Virus record (IMG/VR): IMGVR_UViG_3300033067_000364
Coordinates: 1-26,625 of that record
From: a virus
Taxonomy: Duplodnaviria > Caudoviricetes
Direction: 5' to 3' (one strand)
DNA length: 26,625 nucleotides
Both the position numbers and the translations under genes were made by a program. Below the pieces are notes generated by a model. It saw only the letters and a list, made by a program, of their open reading frames with translations, did no database searches and was not told where the DNA came from. Positions 15,392 through 24,465 of this stretch are shown piece by piece. The stretch's first letter is position 1. The number at the start of each line of letters is the position of its first letter.

Positions 15392-17825
15392 GTTTAGAAT
15401 CCCTTTCGTATTTTTTCACTGCCAAAAATAAATCACGACCGTCGAATCTCGTTTCAGCAACAAAGCCGCCCGAGTCTCCGCCGCCGCCTATTAAAGATTT
15501 TAATTTATCCAACGGTGCAATAACTTCGGGATTTGATGACGCCCCTGGATATTCCCCCATAAGCCCCAATGTAGGACCCGAAACGATTCCGCCATTCGCA
15601 AAGGCTGTGACGCCCCCTTGCTCGATATTTCGAACAACAGTTGCAGTTGCAACCAAGGCAACACCAGCTGCAATTGCTAACGCTGGATTCATTGATGCAA
15701 GTGAAGCATCCAAAGCCATTTTAGCAACACCGAATGCTATCATTGCCTTACCGTATGCCTCAATAAAACCTGCAATTGAATTTAGAACTATTTTAAATGC
15801 AGAATCCATAAAATTTGAACCGCTATTTATACTATCCCCAATAGCCTTACCGATATTTTCAAAGCCACTTTGTGCAATAGATTGCAACGCTGAATTTATA
15901 GAGCTATTAAATTGTTTATTTCGATCCATTAAACTAACACTACCAGCATCTATTTTGCCTTCAATGTCAAGTATTTGCTTTTCGATTTCAGCCGTGTTTG
16001 CTGCCCCTTGGTCTTTTAAAGATTGCAAGGTATTTTTTGCACGATCTAATTGAATTTTTAAAAGAGCTTGATTGTATTGTTTTTCAGTCAATAAACCATT
16101 TTGAAAGTCCTTAGTTGCAGCATTTTCTTTGAGTTGATAGTAATTATTTATCGCATCAATTTCTTTTTTACCTTGCGCATCTACCCATTTAGCATTGTCA
16201 TCAATAATTTTTTGAGTTGCTTCAATGCGTTTTTTCTCATTTTCAATGTCCTTGTTTTTTGCATCACTCAACTCGGTCGAAAATTTTGATTCCAAAGAAG
16301 CTCTTTGATTGCCTAATATTTTAAGATTGTCTTTTAAAATCTTTGCATTTCTTTCTTCTTTGCCTTTAAGCTCCTCTGATTTTATTAAATAATTTTCTTT
16401 ATTTTTTAAAATTGCCATTTCGGAATCAAAGTTTATTTTAACTTTTTCTTCCTCAGTTTTAGCAATTTTTAATAAGTTCTCTTTATTTTTTTGAATTTCA
16501 GAATCGACAACATCCGTCGAAGATTTCAACTCCAATTCAGGGGTTTTGTTTTTCTCTGTTTTCTTTTCTTTTTTTACAATGTCTTTCGTTTGGTTTACTT
16601 TGGATTGAGCTTTGTTTAATGATTCAATTGCCAATTGTTGACGTTGCAAAACTCCATTCAACTCTTCTTCTACCTTCTTGACATTTTTAGTATTGGAAGC
16701 CCTTGTTTTGTTTAAATTATCCTGAGCTTGTGTAACTCCAAAATTTTGCGTTAATGCAGCATTTAATCTTCTTACTGCATCGGCTTCTAAACCAAGTGCA
16801 GCAGATTGCGCATCAGCATATTTTTTCGCCTTATCAGAAATTTCAGCACCAAAACTTTCAGCAACTGCCTTAGTTTTTAATACTTCAATATAATCACTCG
16901 TCCTTTGTTGCAAAATTGCCAAAGTGCTAGCATTTTTTAAATTCAAATCGGAAGTTTCAACGCCGAGTTCAGTGAGCTTTATCATTGCTGCAGCTCGTTC
17001 TGATTCTGTTTTTGTAGTATCTTTTACAATTTGCAAATACGACAAAATTGTTAGCTCTTGTGATTTAGCTTCTGCAACATTTTTCTGCAACTCTTCGCCG
17101 TATTTTTTTTGGCTGGCTGCTAGTTCTTTTGCTTTTGCTGAGTTTTCGCTCATCTTCATAGCCAACATTGTCAAGCCTACAATAGCAATGCCTATTCCCG
17201 TAGCTGCCAAAGCAACCTTAAAAGTGTTCATTGCCGTTGCCGTTGCGTACGATTGTAATGCTAAAGCCCTTTGCGCTAAAGCGTTCAACCCAGTCATTGC
17301 TGCAGATTCCTGCTGTAGTACATTTTGAACGGCTTGCAACCCATTCAATAATGCAATAGCGCCTTGAACCTTGACCATTGTTTTTTGCAAATCAGCATTT
17401 TCGCTACCTAATAACGCCGCCGCCCCTTCTGCAATTCCAAACGCCCCAGCAACAGCTTGTACTCCCGAGACAACCGCATCCAAACGACGAGTATCTGAAC
17501 TAAAATAATTGATTTGCGCACCAACATCTCCAACAGAATCCTTAATCTCACCCGCTGAACGAATGATTTTATTTGCCATCCCTTGGAATTCGGGCCCGAG
17601 CGCTTGCACTTTTAAAGCTAAATTCTGTAATTGAGTTACGGCTCTTTTAGTGTTGGCCGAACTTGCGATTCTATCAAAATCTTTCTCAATTTGCTTCGCC
17701 GTTGCATCCATGGCTGAACTTATACGCTCGCCACTTGCACCCGTTATTTTAACGGCTTCTTGAAAACCTTGTTTAAGTTTCTCAATGTCCGCGCCTATGA
17801 CAATATTTATTTTATTTTCAGCCAT
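15384..17825 (-). CDS. Tail tape measure protein
   Basis: 813 aa, Ala/Lys/Glu-rich and helical; INIVIGAD start; AFANGGIVSGPTLGLMGEYPGA..NPEVIAPL near the end. Confidence 0.93.
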   Translation of the reverse strand: MAENKINIVIGADIEKLKQGFQEAVKITGASGERISSAMDATAKQIEKDFDRIASSANTKRAVTQLQNLALKVQALGPEFQGMANKIIRSAGEIKDSVGDVGAQINYFSSDTRRLDAVVSGVQAVAGAFGIAEGAAALLGSENADLQKTMVKVQGAIALLNGLQAVQNVLQQESAAMTGLNALAQRALALQSYATATAMNTFKVALAATGIGIAIVGLTMLAMKMSENSAKAKELAASQKKYGEELQKNVAEAKSQELTILSYLQIVKDTTKTESERAAAMIKLTELGVETSDLNLKNASTLAILQQRTSDYIEVLKTKAVAESFGAEISDKAKKYADAQSAALGLEADAVRRLNAALTQNFGVTQAQDNLNKTRASNTKNVKKVEEELNGVLQRQQLAIESLNKAQSKVNQTKDIVKKEKKTEKNKTPELELKSSTDVVDSEIQKNKENLLKIAKTEEEKVKINFDSEMAILKNKENYLIKSEELKGKEERNAKILKDNLKILGNQRASLESKFSTELSDAKNKDIENEKKRIEATQKIIDDNAKWVDAQGKKEIDAINNYYQLKENAATKDFQNGLLTEKQYNQALLKIQLDRAKNTLQSLKDQGAANTAEIEKQILDIEGKIDAGSVSLMDRNKQFNSSINSALQSIAQSGFENIGKAIGDSINSGSNFMDSAFKIVLNSIAGFIEAYGKAMIAFGVAKMALDASLASMNPALAIAAGVALVATATVVRNIEQGGVTAFANGGIVSGPTLGLMGEYPGASSNPEVIAPLDKLKSLIGGGGDSGGFVAETRFDGRDLFLAVKKYERDSKRG

Positions 17826-17829
17826 TATC

Positions 17830-18309
17830 TTATAGTATTATTTTATATCCACTTTCCAAAAGCATAAAGTCGCCGCTTTCTAAAAGCATCAAATTACCTG
17901 CGCTTTCAAATGTCGTGTTGTAGTGCAAAATGTAATCCTGAGCGATATGATAAATTCCCTCTTCACCTGCGCTGTCGTCACTCAACAGCACTTCATTGTC
18001 AAATTTCACGTTATGCACAACAACGCCATTAAAAGTGCCTGGTATAATTTGCATTGCCGCTCTGACCTTGTCGGCAATATCCAAACAAGAAGCCAGTCCA
18101 ATGGAAAAAATATTAATTTGAACTCTTGCAAAATCAGATTTTGAATATCCCGTCTGCGTGTTGTTTGCAATTATTGAAACTTGATAATAAGATATTGCAG
18201 GAAAACTAGTCGCCTGCGGTAGCCTTAATGGGCTTATTCTCCCACCTACAGCAGTGTTTAACGCGCTGTTATTTGTTAGGATGTTATAAACTGCTTTTAA
18301 AGATTTCAC
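17830..18309 (-). CDS. Tail terminator / completion protein (DUF3168-like) with a MLLESG x2 C-terminal extension
   Basis: AVYNIL...VGGRISP...FPAISY...RVQINIFS...IADKVRAAM. Confidence 0.8.
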   Translation of the reverse strand: MKSLKAVYNILTNNSALNTAVGGRISPLRLPQATSFPAISYYQVSIIANNTQTGYSKSDFARVQINIFSIGLASCLDIADKVRAAMQIIPGTFNGVVVHNVKFDNEVLLSDDSAGEEGIYHIAQDYILHYNTTFESAGNLMLLESGDFMLLESGYKIIL

Positions 18310-18662
18310 AGTCGCAATTTATCGAATAACTCTTTATTATCAGTTACAAAATTGACAACGTCAACGGGATCAGATTTCTCCCATGAGAATACACAAAGAT
18401 TCTGAGGCTTTATCGGCTTGCCTTTTTTTGCGTGCGGGCTTAGAATCATAGCTGCAAGCCAACGAGTCCGCTCCATTTCTGAACGATAGCGCTGCTGCGA
18501 TTCATTCCGCATTCCCTCAAGCCTCAATCTAAAATATAAGGGCGTTACATTCCCCCATTCACTCGGAGTCAGTGACATCTCGCCCCACCCTATTCGATTT
18601 ATGTCCGCCCAATTGAGCGGCTTTTGATTTATTGAGCCTTCGCTTCGAGGCTCTTCGGCTGA
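18306..18662 (-). CDS. Tail assembly chaperone T-segment (-1 frameshift extension)
   Basis: Frame is open from 18662 (SAEEPRSEG...GWGEMSLTPSEWGNVTP) through the 18306..18578 ORF. Confidence 0.8.
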   Translation of the reverse strand, partial: SAEEPRSEGSINQKPLNWADINRIGWGEMSLTPSEWGNVTPLYFRLRLEGMRNESQQRYRSEMERTRWLAAMILSPHAKKGKPIKPQNLCVFSWEKSDPVDVVNFVTDNKELFDKLRL

Positions 18663-18946
18663 AAAAAATCGCCCACCGCCTTAGTAAATGCCTCAACAGC
18701 TGGGTTTAAATCTTCAAATGAATCAATATCGTCACCCAAGTCCTCGCTACTTTTATAAGGCATCTCTATTCCTTCGCGCTTGCAACCTGCTTTTATTCCA
18801 TAGAACGCGCAGTCCCTCGCAAATTTTAGTGATTTTACAAATTCCATTTTTTCACCAAATGCTGAAAAGTCATCCATTTGTGAAGCCTTCATGACATTCT
18901 CAATCGCTGTCATATTGAAAAATATAGGTAAGTTTTTAAATTCCAT
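18629..18946 (-). CDS. Tail assembly chaperone (gpG-like)
   Basis: Follows the major tail protein; slippery T TTT TTT at 18668-18662. Confidence 0.85.
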   Translation of the reverse strand: MEFKNLPIFFNMTAIENVMKASQMDDFSAFGEKMEFVKSLKFARDCAFYGIKAGCKREGIEMPYKSSEDLGDDIDSFEDLNPAVEAFTKAVGDFFQPKSLEAKAQ

Positions 18947-18950
18947 AGTG

Positions 18951-18958
18951 CAAATATA
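18951..18958 (-). promoter_or_regulatory. -7 box TATATTTG, 4 nt before ATG 18946
   Basis: Consensus match immediately after the terminator U-tract. Confidence 0.6.
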
Positions 18959-18960
18959 AT

Positions 18961-18985
18961 AAAAAAAGGGAGCCGAAGCCCCCTA
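18961..18985 (-). terminator. Intrinsic terminator after the major tail gene
   Basis: AGGGGGC-TTCG-GCTCCCT followed by a T run; cUUCGg tetraloop. Confidence 0.9.
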
Positions 18986-19017
18986 ATCGATGGAATATGA
19001 AAGAACACTACTAATTT

Positions 19018-19452
19018 TTAAACTGTTCCAACGGTCAAAGTTCCGCTGCCTTGTAAGCTGCAGCTGAATGTTGCCACGTCATTAACTGGTGCAGACCATG
19101 CAAAGTTAGTCAATAAAGCCGTACCTGACAACTTCATGTCTCCTGTTACATTTGAAGTCATAACAACAGTGATTAAATCGCCTGCAACTAAATCAGCTAT
19201 AATATCTTTCGCCGACAATGAGCCCGAACCGACAGAACCATCCTCTTCGAAAATACCTTCGAAGCTCATAGTCCAAGAGTTCAAACCAACTAAAAATTCC
19301 TTGTAATTACCGCCATCTTTATTTGTTGCGTCGATGGTATCTTTTGTCATCTCAAAATCGGCGCTCGTGCCATTTGCGATTTTTGTTAGTGTGCCTGATA
19401 CATCTTTGTATAAGCTCACTAGGGTTCCGTTAACTAGTCCTGTGGTAGCCAT
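19018..19452 (-). CDS. Major tail tube protein (TP901-1-like)
   Basis: GLVNGT, TIDATNKD.G.YKEFLVGLNSWTMSFEG, ATFSCSLQGSGTL. Confidence 0.92.
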   Translation of the reverse strand: MATTGLVNGTLVSLYKDVSGTLTKIANGTSADFEMTKDTIDATNKDGGNYKEFLVGLNSWTMSFEGIFEEDGSVGSGSLSAKDIIADLVAGDLITVVMTSNVTGDMKLSGTALLTNFAWSAPVNDVATFSCSLQGSGTLTVGTV

Positions 19453-19459
19453 TTTTATA

Positions 19460-19870
19460 TTATTTTAATTTTTCTGTTGCAAGTTTAAACACTCTTTTTG
19501 ATACATTCGTTACAATATTCGAAGAGTGCGCATCCATTGCGGGGCGCATAAATGGGCGGGCGGTTATATGCCCTCTATATTCTCCGTTTTTTGTGTAACG
19601 CGGAGCAGTGCCATATTCAAAAGTATGAGCTAATTGACCACGAAACCCGCCATAATAACGCGGTCCTATCAATACAGTTCTAGTGAATTTCTGCTCATTT
19701 TTTTCAATGAATCCAATTGAGTTTTTAATGTCAGTAGATGGCGCTTTGCTTTGAGCTGTGTTTATAATAACCTTCGATTCGTCGCGCACAATTTTTTTAA
19801 CTTCCCCTTGAGAGATAGCCTTGTTTGTTTCCTCGAGTTTTTTAAGTAATTTATCTAAGCCCTGAATCAT
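19460..19870 (-). CDS. HK97 gp10-like neck/tail component
   Basis: IQGLDKLLKKL, AHTFEYGT, ARPFMRPAMD. Confidence 0.9.
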   Translation of the reverse strand: MIQGLDKLLKKLEETNKAISQGEVKKIVRDESKVIINTAQSKAPSTDIKNSIGFIEKNEQKFTRTVLIGPRYYGGFRGQLAHTFEYGTAPRYTKNGEYRGHITARPFMRPAMDAHSSNIVTNVSKRVFKLATEKLK

Positions 19871-20184
19871 TCCGTCAATTGAGTCATTACTTTCATATAC
19901 ATATCTCTATCAATTAATTTTAAAGATATAATATTATAATATTTGCCGCCGTGCTTAATTCGGTCATTCACCCCTATGCTCATGTATCTCATAGTGAAGT
20001 TAACAACTTGTTTATTCTCTCGGGTGTCCGCATAAATTCCCTCAGTGCCACCATCTGCAGGCTCATAAGTTGACCATGCGTCGGCGAGTTTAGTCCACGT
20101 TTTTACCCGTTCGCCAGTGTCAGAGTTTACGCTATTTGTGTAGCGATAAATTTCTATTGGGGTGTCAAATCTTCCAGCGTTCAT
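19867..20184 (-). CDS. Head closure protein (SPP1 gp16-like)
   Basis: MNAGRFDTPIEI, GERVKTW, FTMRY, DRIKHGGKYYNI. Confidence 0.9.
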   Translation of the reverse strand: MNAGRFDTPIEIYRYTNSVNSDTGERVKTWTKLADAWSTYEPADGGTEGIYADTRENKQVVNFTMRYMSIGVNDRIKHGGKYYNIISLKLIDRDMYMKVMTQLTE

Positions 20185-20185
20185 A

Positions 20186-20818
20186 TTATCCGAATACTGA
20201 AATTTTATACTTATCTAACAAATGATTTGCGCCAAATGGCATATCGCTCGCGCTAGTTCCGACAATTATATTCTGCCTGTTGTCATAATACTGCGCAATC
20301 ATAAGCATGCAGGCAATTTTAACGACCTCAGGGAACGCCTCAGGCGTGAAGCCCTCTGTAACCTCTGCAATGTATTTTGTATTGTCGTCGGTCAAACTTG
20401 TAGGCAAAGAATTGACGTAAATATTGAGGCCAAAATTAGCAAACAAATCAGGAGAATCAATATAGTCGGCTGCGCTAAATTCAACCAATGAATTACTTTC
20501 GTTAACATAGTATAAATGATCTAATGAAATAACCCTCGAAGGAACTCGTAAATAGTTTCCAATTGTCATTGGCGCCCCATTCAATGGATTCATCATTGCA
20601 TGTTGACCTGCAAGCTCAGCAAATCCATAACGCACGATAGCCTCTTGAATTGAGAATCCAACATAATGAGAGGCAGCCTCAAGCGATGCGACAATAAGAG
20701 TCGTGATATATGAATCGTCAGAAGTGTGAGTCACTCTTAAATGCGCCTTAGCCTCAGATAATGAGATGTAATCTGTTGCTGTGTTAGAGAGAGATACTAT
20801 GCGGCTGCCTGTGATCAT
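20186..20818 (-). CDS. Head-tail connector (HK97 gp6-like, long form)
   Basis: ISLSEAKAHLRV...DDSYITTLI; PEVVKIACMLMIAQYYDNR. Confidence 0.92.
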   Translation of the reverse strand: MITGSRIVSLSNTATDYISLSEAKAHLRVTHTSDDSYITTLIVASLEAASHYVGFSIQEAIVRYGFAELAGQHAMMNPLNGAPMTIGNYLRVPSRVISLDHLYYVNESNSLVEFSAADYIDSPDLFANFGLNIYVNSLPTSLTDDNTKYIAEVTEGFTPEAFPEVVKIACMLMIAQYYDNRQNIIVGTSASDMPFGANHLLDKYKISVFG

Positions 20819-20819
20819 G

Positions 20820-20990
20820 TTAGTCGAATTCTGGATTAATTGGTTTTTTCTTAGATGCTGTTTTTACTTCCTCTGCATAGCCTTCCTCGATAAGCATCTC
20901 AGCTTGTTTAGTTTCAAGTTCAGCCACGTCGCCAACACCATAAGATAAATTTAAGGCTATCGGATATTTGATGAATTTAATTTTTTTCAT
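20820..20990 (-). CDS. Small head-associated hypothetical protein, 56 aa
   Basis: MKKIKFIK...YGVGDVAELETKQAEMLIEEGYAEEV; usual post-capsid position. Confidence 0.75.
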   Translation of the reverse strand: MKKIKFIKYPIALNLSYGVGDVAELETKQAEMLIEEGYAEEVKTASKKKPINPEFD

Positions 20991-20999
20991 GTTAGCAAA

Positions 21000-21024
21000 T
21001 TGAGGGGACACTTAAGCCCCTCAA
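21000..21024 (-). terminator. Hairpin after the capsid gene; probably a leaky terminator or stabiliser
   Basis: TTGAGGGG-N9-CCCCTCAA with only a short TTT tail. Confidence 0.55.
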
Positions 21025-21055
21025 CTTCACACGGAAACGCCGTGCCGTTTTATTT

Positions 21056-22381
21056 TTAGGCTACAATGTCCTTGCACACTGCAAACGCTTTTGGCTGTAA
21101 TAAGTTTACATCCATGTAAGCATTTAACACCATGTTAGTTAAGCCTGCAGTTGCGCCGCTGAATGGATCAACAGTCAACTCCATGCCGCCCCAAGAAGCT
21201 ACGGCTAATTTAGAGAAGTCTCCAAATACCATCGCTGACAATGTTGAACTTGTGCCTTTTGACAAGTTGCTAGGCACGTTTGTGGTCACAGCTAAAGGAT
21301 AACCATTCAACTCGCCCGCGCCACTTTGCAAAATGAAGTTACCCTCAACGCCGCTAGCTTGTCTGCCAGTGATTTGCAATGCTGCTTTAACTAATGGATT
21401 AGTCAAATAAGCTTGACCCATTGCATTGTTGTTTTCAACTGATTTCATTGCGTTCACAACGTCAGCCCATACAGCTGCTGCGCCATTCGCGTTGGTTGAG
21501 TTTGAAGTCGCGCCACCTGCATAAATTACGTTAACATTGCTGTTACCGATAATTCCTGTAGGCTCGTTACTTCCGCCCCCTTTGATAGCTGCTTTCTCAA
21601 GTTCTTGCGCCATTGCATTAATCAAATATTGACGAACATAAGCATCAATGCTATTTGACGACTGTCTCAATAATTGGTTTGAAACTTGAATGTAAGCTGC
21701 CAATCTTTTTGGTGAAAAACTGATTTTTGAAAATGCTGGAGATTTCTCAGTAGCAGTTCCATTCTCAGTGTTCCATCCTGCAGCAGGCTGAGTGCTAGCT
21801 GTTGGAAGATCTAAGTTTCCAGTCAAGTTATCAAAACGAGTGATCCCCAAACCATTCAAAACGGTAGCAGGCAATAACACGTCAATGATTCCGCCTACAG
21901 AGGTTTGAACGTTTACACCGCCTTCGCTTCCTGAAGTTCCGCCTGTAGCTGTCATGTCACGTTTAAAAACGTCAGAAGGCAATAATACAGAGTGAGCGCT
22001 GACGCTTACACCTGCACGTTGGAACTCGTCTGCAGCTTCTTTGTGCATCTCGAATTCAACACCATCTCTGCGGCCTGTTGTAGCCTGCTCGATAGCTCTT
22101 TTGAAGCTATACTGTGCAGCCATTTTAGAACGCTCAGATTTTTCGCTAGTTGAAGCGGCGCCATAAACTGGAGCGCTAGCAACTTTCTCAGATGCTCTCA
22201 TTTGCAATTTTTCAAGAGTTTCAGTTTCGCTTGCGATTACGTCCAAACGTGCATCGATTTCTGCAAAACGAGTTTTTTCACTTTCAGACATTGAACGCGC
22301 TTCGGTGTTAATGCTGTTTTGTAGGTTATTTAATTCATCGATTAAACGACCTTTTTCTTCTTTCAAAGCTTTGATTTTCAT
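21056..22381 (-). CDS. Major capsid protein (HK97 fold, N-terminal delta domain)
   Basis: Coiled-coil N-terminus; WNTENG, PKRLAAYIQVSNQLL, G.GSNEPTGI, LNGYPL, FGDFS, PKAFA. Confidence 0.96.
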   Translation of the reverse strand: MKIKALKEEKGRLIDELNNLQNSINTEARSMSESEKTRFAEIDARLDVIASETETLEKLQMRASEKVASAPVYGAASTSEKSERSKMAAQYSFKRAIEQATTGRRDGVEFEMHKEAADEFQRAGVSVSAHSVLLPSDVFKRDMTATGGTSGSEGGVNVQTSVGGIIDVLLPATVLNGLGITRFDNLTGNLDLPTASTQPAAGWNTENGTATEKSPAFSKISFSPKRLAAYIQVSNQLLRQSSNSIDAYVRQYLINAMAQELEKAAIKGGGSNEPTGIIGNSNVNVIYAGGATSNSTNANGAAAVWADVVNAMKSVENNNAMGQAYLTNPLVKAALQITGRQASGVEGNFILQSGAGELNGYPLAVTTNVPSNLSKGTSSTLSAMVFGDFSKLAVASWGGMELTVDPFSGATAGLTNMVLNAYMDVNLLQPKAFAVCKDIVA

Positions 22382-22950
22382 TTATATTTTAGTTTTAAGA
22401 TTTCAATTTGATCAGATTCGTTGTGTTTTTTTGGCTTAGTCATATCTAAGCTGCGAGCCTCGGCCTCGGTGTCTACATACGCTGGGTACGTCACGGGGCT
22501 AACATCATAAAGCTCGTCGATTTCTTTGATCACATGAAGTGATAAATCGCCGTACTTATCAGATTTTTCCCAGCTTCTATCGGCCACAGTGAAAGCAAAT
22601 GAGCTCTGCGTTATATCGCCTCTCATAATGCTGCGCGCAACTTGAACGTGCAAAGTGTTTTCATAGTCAGGAGTCCATGTGTACTCAAGATCGCCTTTTG
22701 AATTTACAAACACTTTACAAGTGTTCGCCTTTGTACGCCCCAGGATTAACTCGCTCTCATGGTTAAATAGGCAGCGAATATCGTAATCTTTTTTTAACGC
22801 GTTATCAAATGCGCCCTTTTCAATGCGCTCCTCGAAATATTTTAAATCAGTTGTAACTCCAACCACGGCAGCAATGCCGCCAAACTCAGAAGGCATATTT
22901 TCGCCCTCTGCTCTGTATTGGATGTTTCCTGTATATCTTAATGTTTTCAT
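22378..22950 (-). CDS. HK97-family prohead protease
   Basis: FEERIEKGAF, LFNH, LGRT, RGDITQSSFAF, LYDVSPVTYPAY. Confidence 0.95.
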   Translation of the reverse strand: MKTLRYTGNIQYRAEGENMPSEFGGIAAVVGVTTDLKYFEERIEKGAFDNALKKDYDIRCLFNHESELILGRTKANTCKVFVNSKGDLEYTWTPDYENTLHVQVARSIMRGDITQSSFAFTVADRSWEKSDKYGDLSLHVIKEIDELYDVSPVTYPAYVDTEAEARSLDMTKPKKHNESDQIEILKLKYK

Positions 22951-24224
22951 GACTGAGTGTTGTTATTGTTGCCGTCGGGATTATTGTTTCTATAAGCAGA
23001 GGCCTCGAGCTGTTTTATTTTGGCATCCATATACTCCGAGAATTGATCTGCAGGAATTAAATTTGCCTCAACATAGTATTTCTCGCCGCCTTCAAATCCG
23101 TTAGCATCCTCAAAAGCTCTCGCTTCGTTTGGTGACAGCCATCCCCCACGAATACCTTTGTTGTAAAAGTCTGCTCTGTCGTTTGCTGACGCTCTCAACA
23201 ATGAGTTAAAATTGAATTTAAAATAAAACAATTTTTTATCGTTTTCAGTTAGCAACTTTCTGCGAAGTTCCTGCTCAATATTAATACAGTAACTCATTAA
23301 AGTCCTGCTGTAAAAATCCTGATATTCCTGCTCTACGCTCGATTTGATTCCATCCTTCGCTCCAATCATTGAAGCTGGCACTCCAAAAATACGGGCGATT
23401 TCTTCGGCTGAAAATTGGCGAGCCTGAATATACTGAGCTTCCTCAGGTGACATAGACAATTTTTCCATTTCAACCCCATGCGGCAAAACGGTGCTGCGTT
23501 GGTTTCCTTCAATCACATCGTCCAAAGATTTGCGCAAAGGAGCAGCCTGCGCCGCATCAATTTTCGATTGAGATTTTAAAAGGAATTTCAATGTTCCATT
23601 TTTATATACTGCGGCGCTAGACTTAATAGCGGCGAGGTCAATTCCCAAACTCTCAGCGTGCATCTGAATAGGTGAGCGACCTGTCAACGGATTGTCTACA
23701 GAAAGCCCCTTGAAGTGAAGCATATCGCTTGCAGGAACTACGCTCGGAAAACCCGCAGCGCTTACTCTATAGAATAGTTCTCCATCCATTATATAAGCAG
23801 TCACACTATCTGCAACAATAGGGTGAATGGATGTCGCGATAAATCTCTCATCCCTGTTTATTAATGCGTATGCGTTGCCTTTTAAAACGAGCTGAGCAGT
23901 CATGTACTTCATGAAATCAAATTTCGTTTGGTACGCGTTAGGCTCGTTTAATACATAGTTTGAATAGTGCGCGACAACTTGGCGCTTATTGGTGCCGTCG
24001 TCGAAATATAATTTAAATGAGAGCCCAGCGATAGCGTCAGAGATAACGCGCACACAGGCGTGCACACTCGCGATGCTCATTGCACTTTGAGTGTTAACAG
24101 CTTGACCGCTTGTCGTTTGACTTCCAAACAATGAAGTAAGCGACTGAATAAGCCAGTCACTCGGAGCTGTGAGGCTTGATCGCTGTTGTGTTTTTGGTTT
24201 AAATATGCTTAACAATGAAGCCAT
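22947..24224 (-). CDS. HK97-family portal protein
   Basis: VHACVRVISDAIA, PNAYQT, LKGNAY, MLHFKG, GRSPI, EIARIFGVP, SPNEARAFE. Confidence 0.96.
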   Translation of the reverse strand: MASLLSIFKPKTQQRSSLTAPSDWLIQSLTSLFGSQTTSGQAVNTQSAMSIASVHACVRVISDAIAGLSFKLYFDDGTNKRQVVAHYSNYVLNEPNAYQTKFDFMKYMTAQLVLKGNAYALINRDERFIATSIHPIVADSVTAYIMDGELFYRVSAAGFPSVVPASDMLHFKGLSVDNPLTGRSPIQMHAESLGIDLAAIKSSAAVYKNGTLKFLLKSQSKIDAAQAAPLRKSLDDVIEGNQRSTVLPHGVEMEKLSMSPEEAQYIQARQFSAEEIARIFGVPASMIGAKDGIKSSVEQEYQDFYSRTLMSYCINIEQELRRKLLTENDKKLFYFKFNFNSLLRASANDRADFYNKGIRGGWLSPNEARAFEDANGFEGGEKYYVEANLIPADQFSEYMDAKIKQLEASAYRNNNPDGNNNNTQS

Positions 24225-24228
24225 GCCA

Positions 24229-24264
24229 CAATATTAATTTAGAGATTTATTTTTTTTGTTACAA
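24229..24264 (-). promoter_or_regulatory. Promoter TTGTAACA-N20-TAATATTG, 4 nt before the portal ATG
   Basis: Same architecture as 373-407 and 13079-13114; one mismatch in the -7 box. Confidence 0.65.
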
Positions 24265-24465
24265 TTTAGGATGAGTCTTAAGATACCTGCTGAGTGTCGC
24301 CCGAAATACAACATAACTGCTGTACTTATTTTTACCGTATTTCTCGCGGTGCACAGACTCACAATATTCGTAAGCCTCGCCGTAAGTCTTGAAGTTAGGC
24401 AATTCATTATAATACATAATTATGAAATCTTCATGACTATATATTTGTAAACCATAGTTCTGCAT
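24259..24465 (-). CDS. Small Tyr-rich hypothetical protein between terL and portal (start uncertain)
   Basis: FIIMYYNELPNFKTYGEAYEYCESVHREKYGKNKYSSYVVFR; fills the gap on the coding strand. Confidence 0.65.
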   Translation of the reverse strand: MQNYGLQIYSHEDFIIMYYNELPNFKTYGEAYEYCESVHREKYGKNKYSSYVVFRATLSRYLKTHPKL

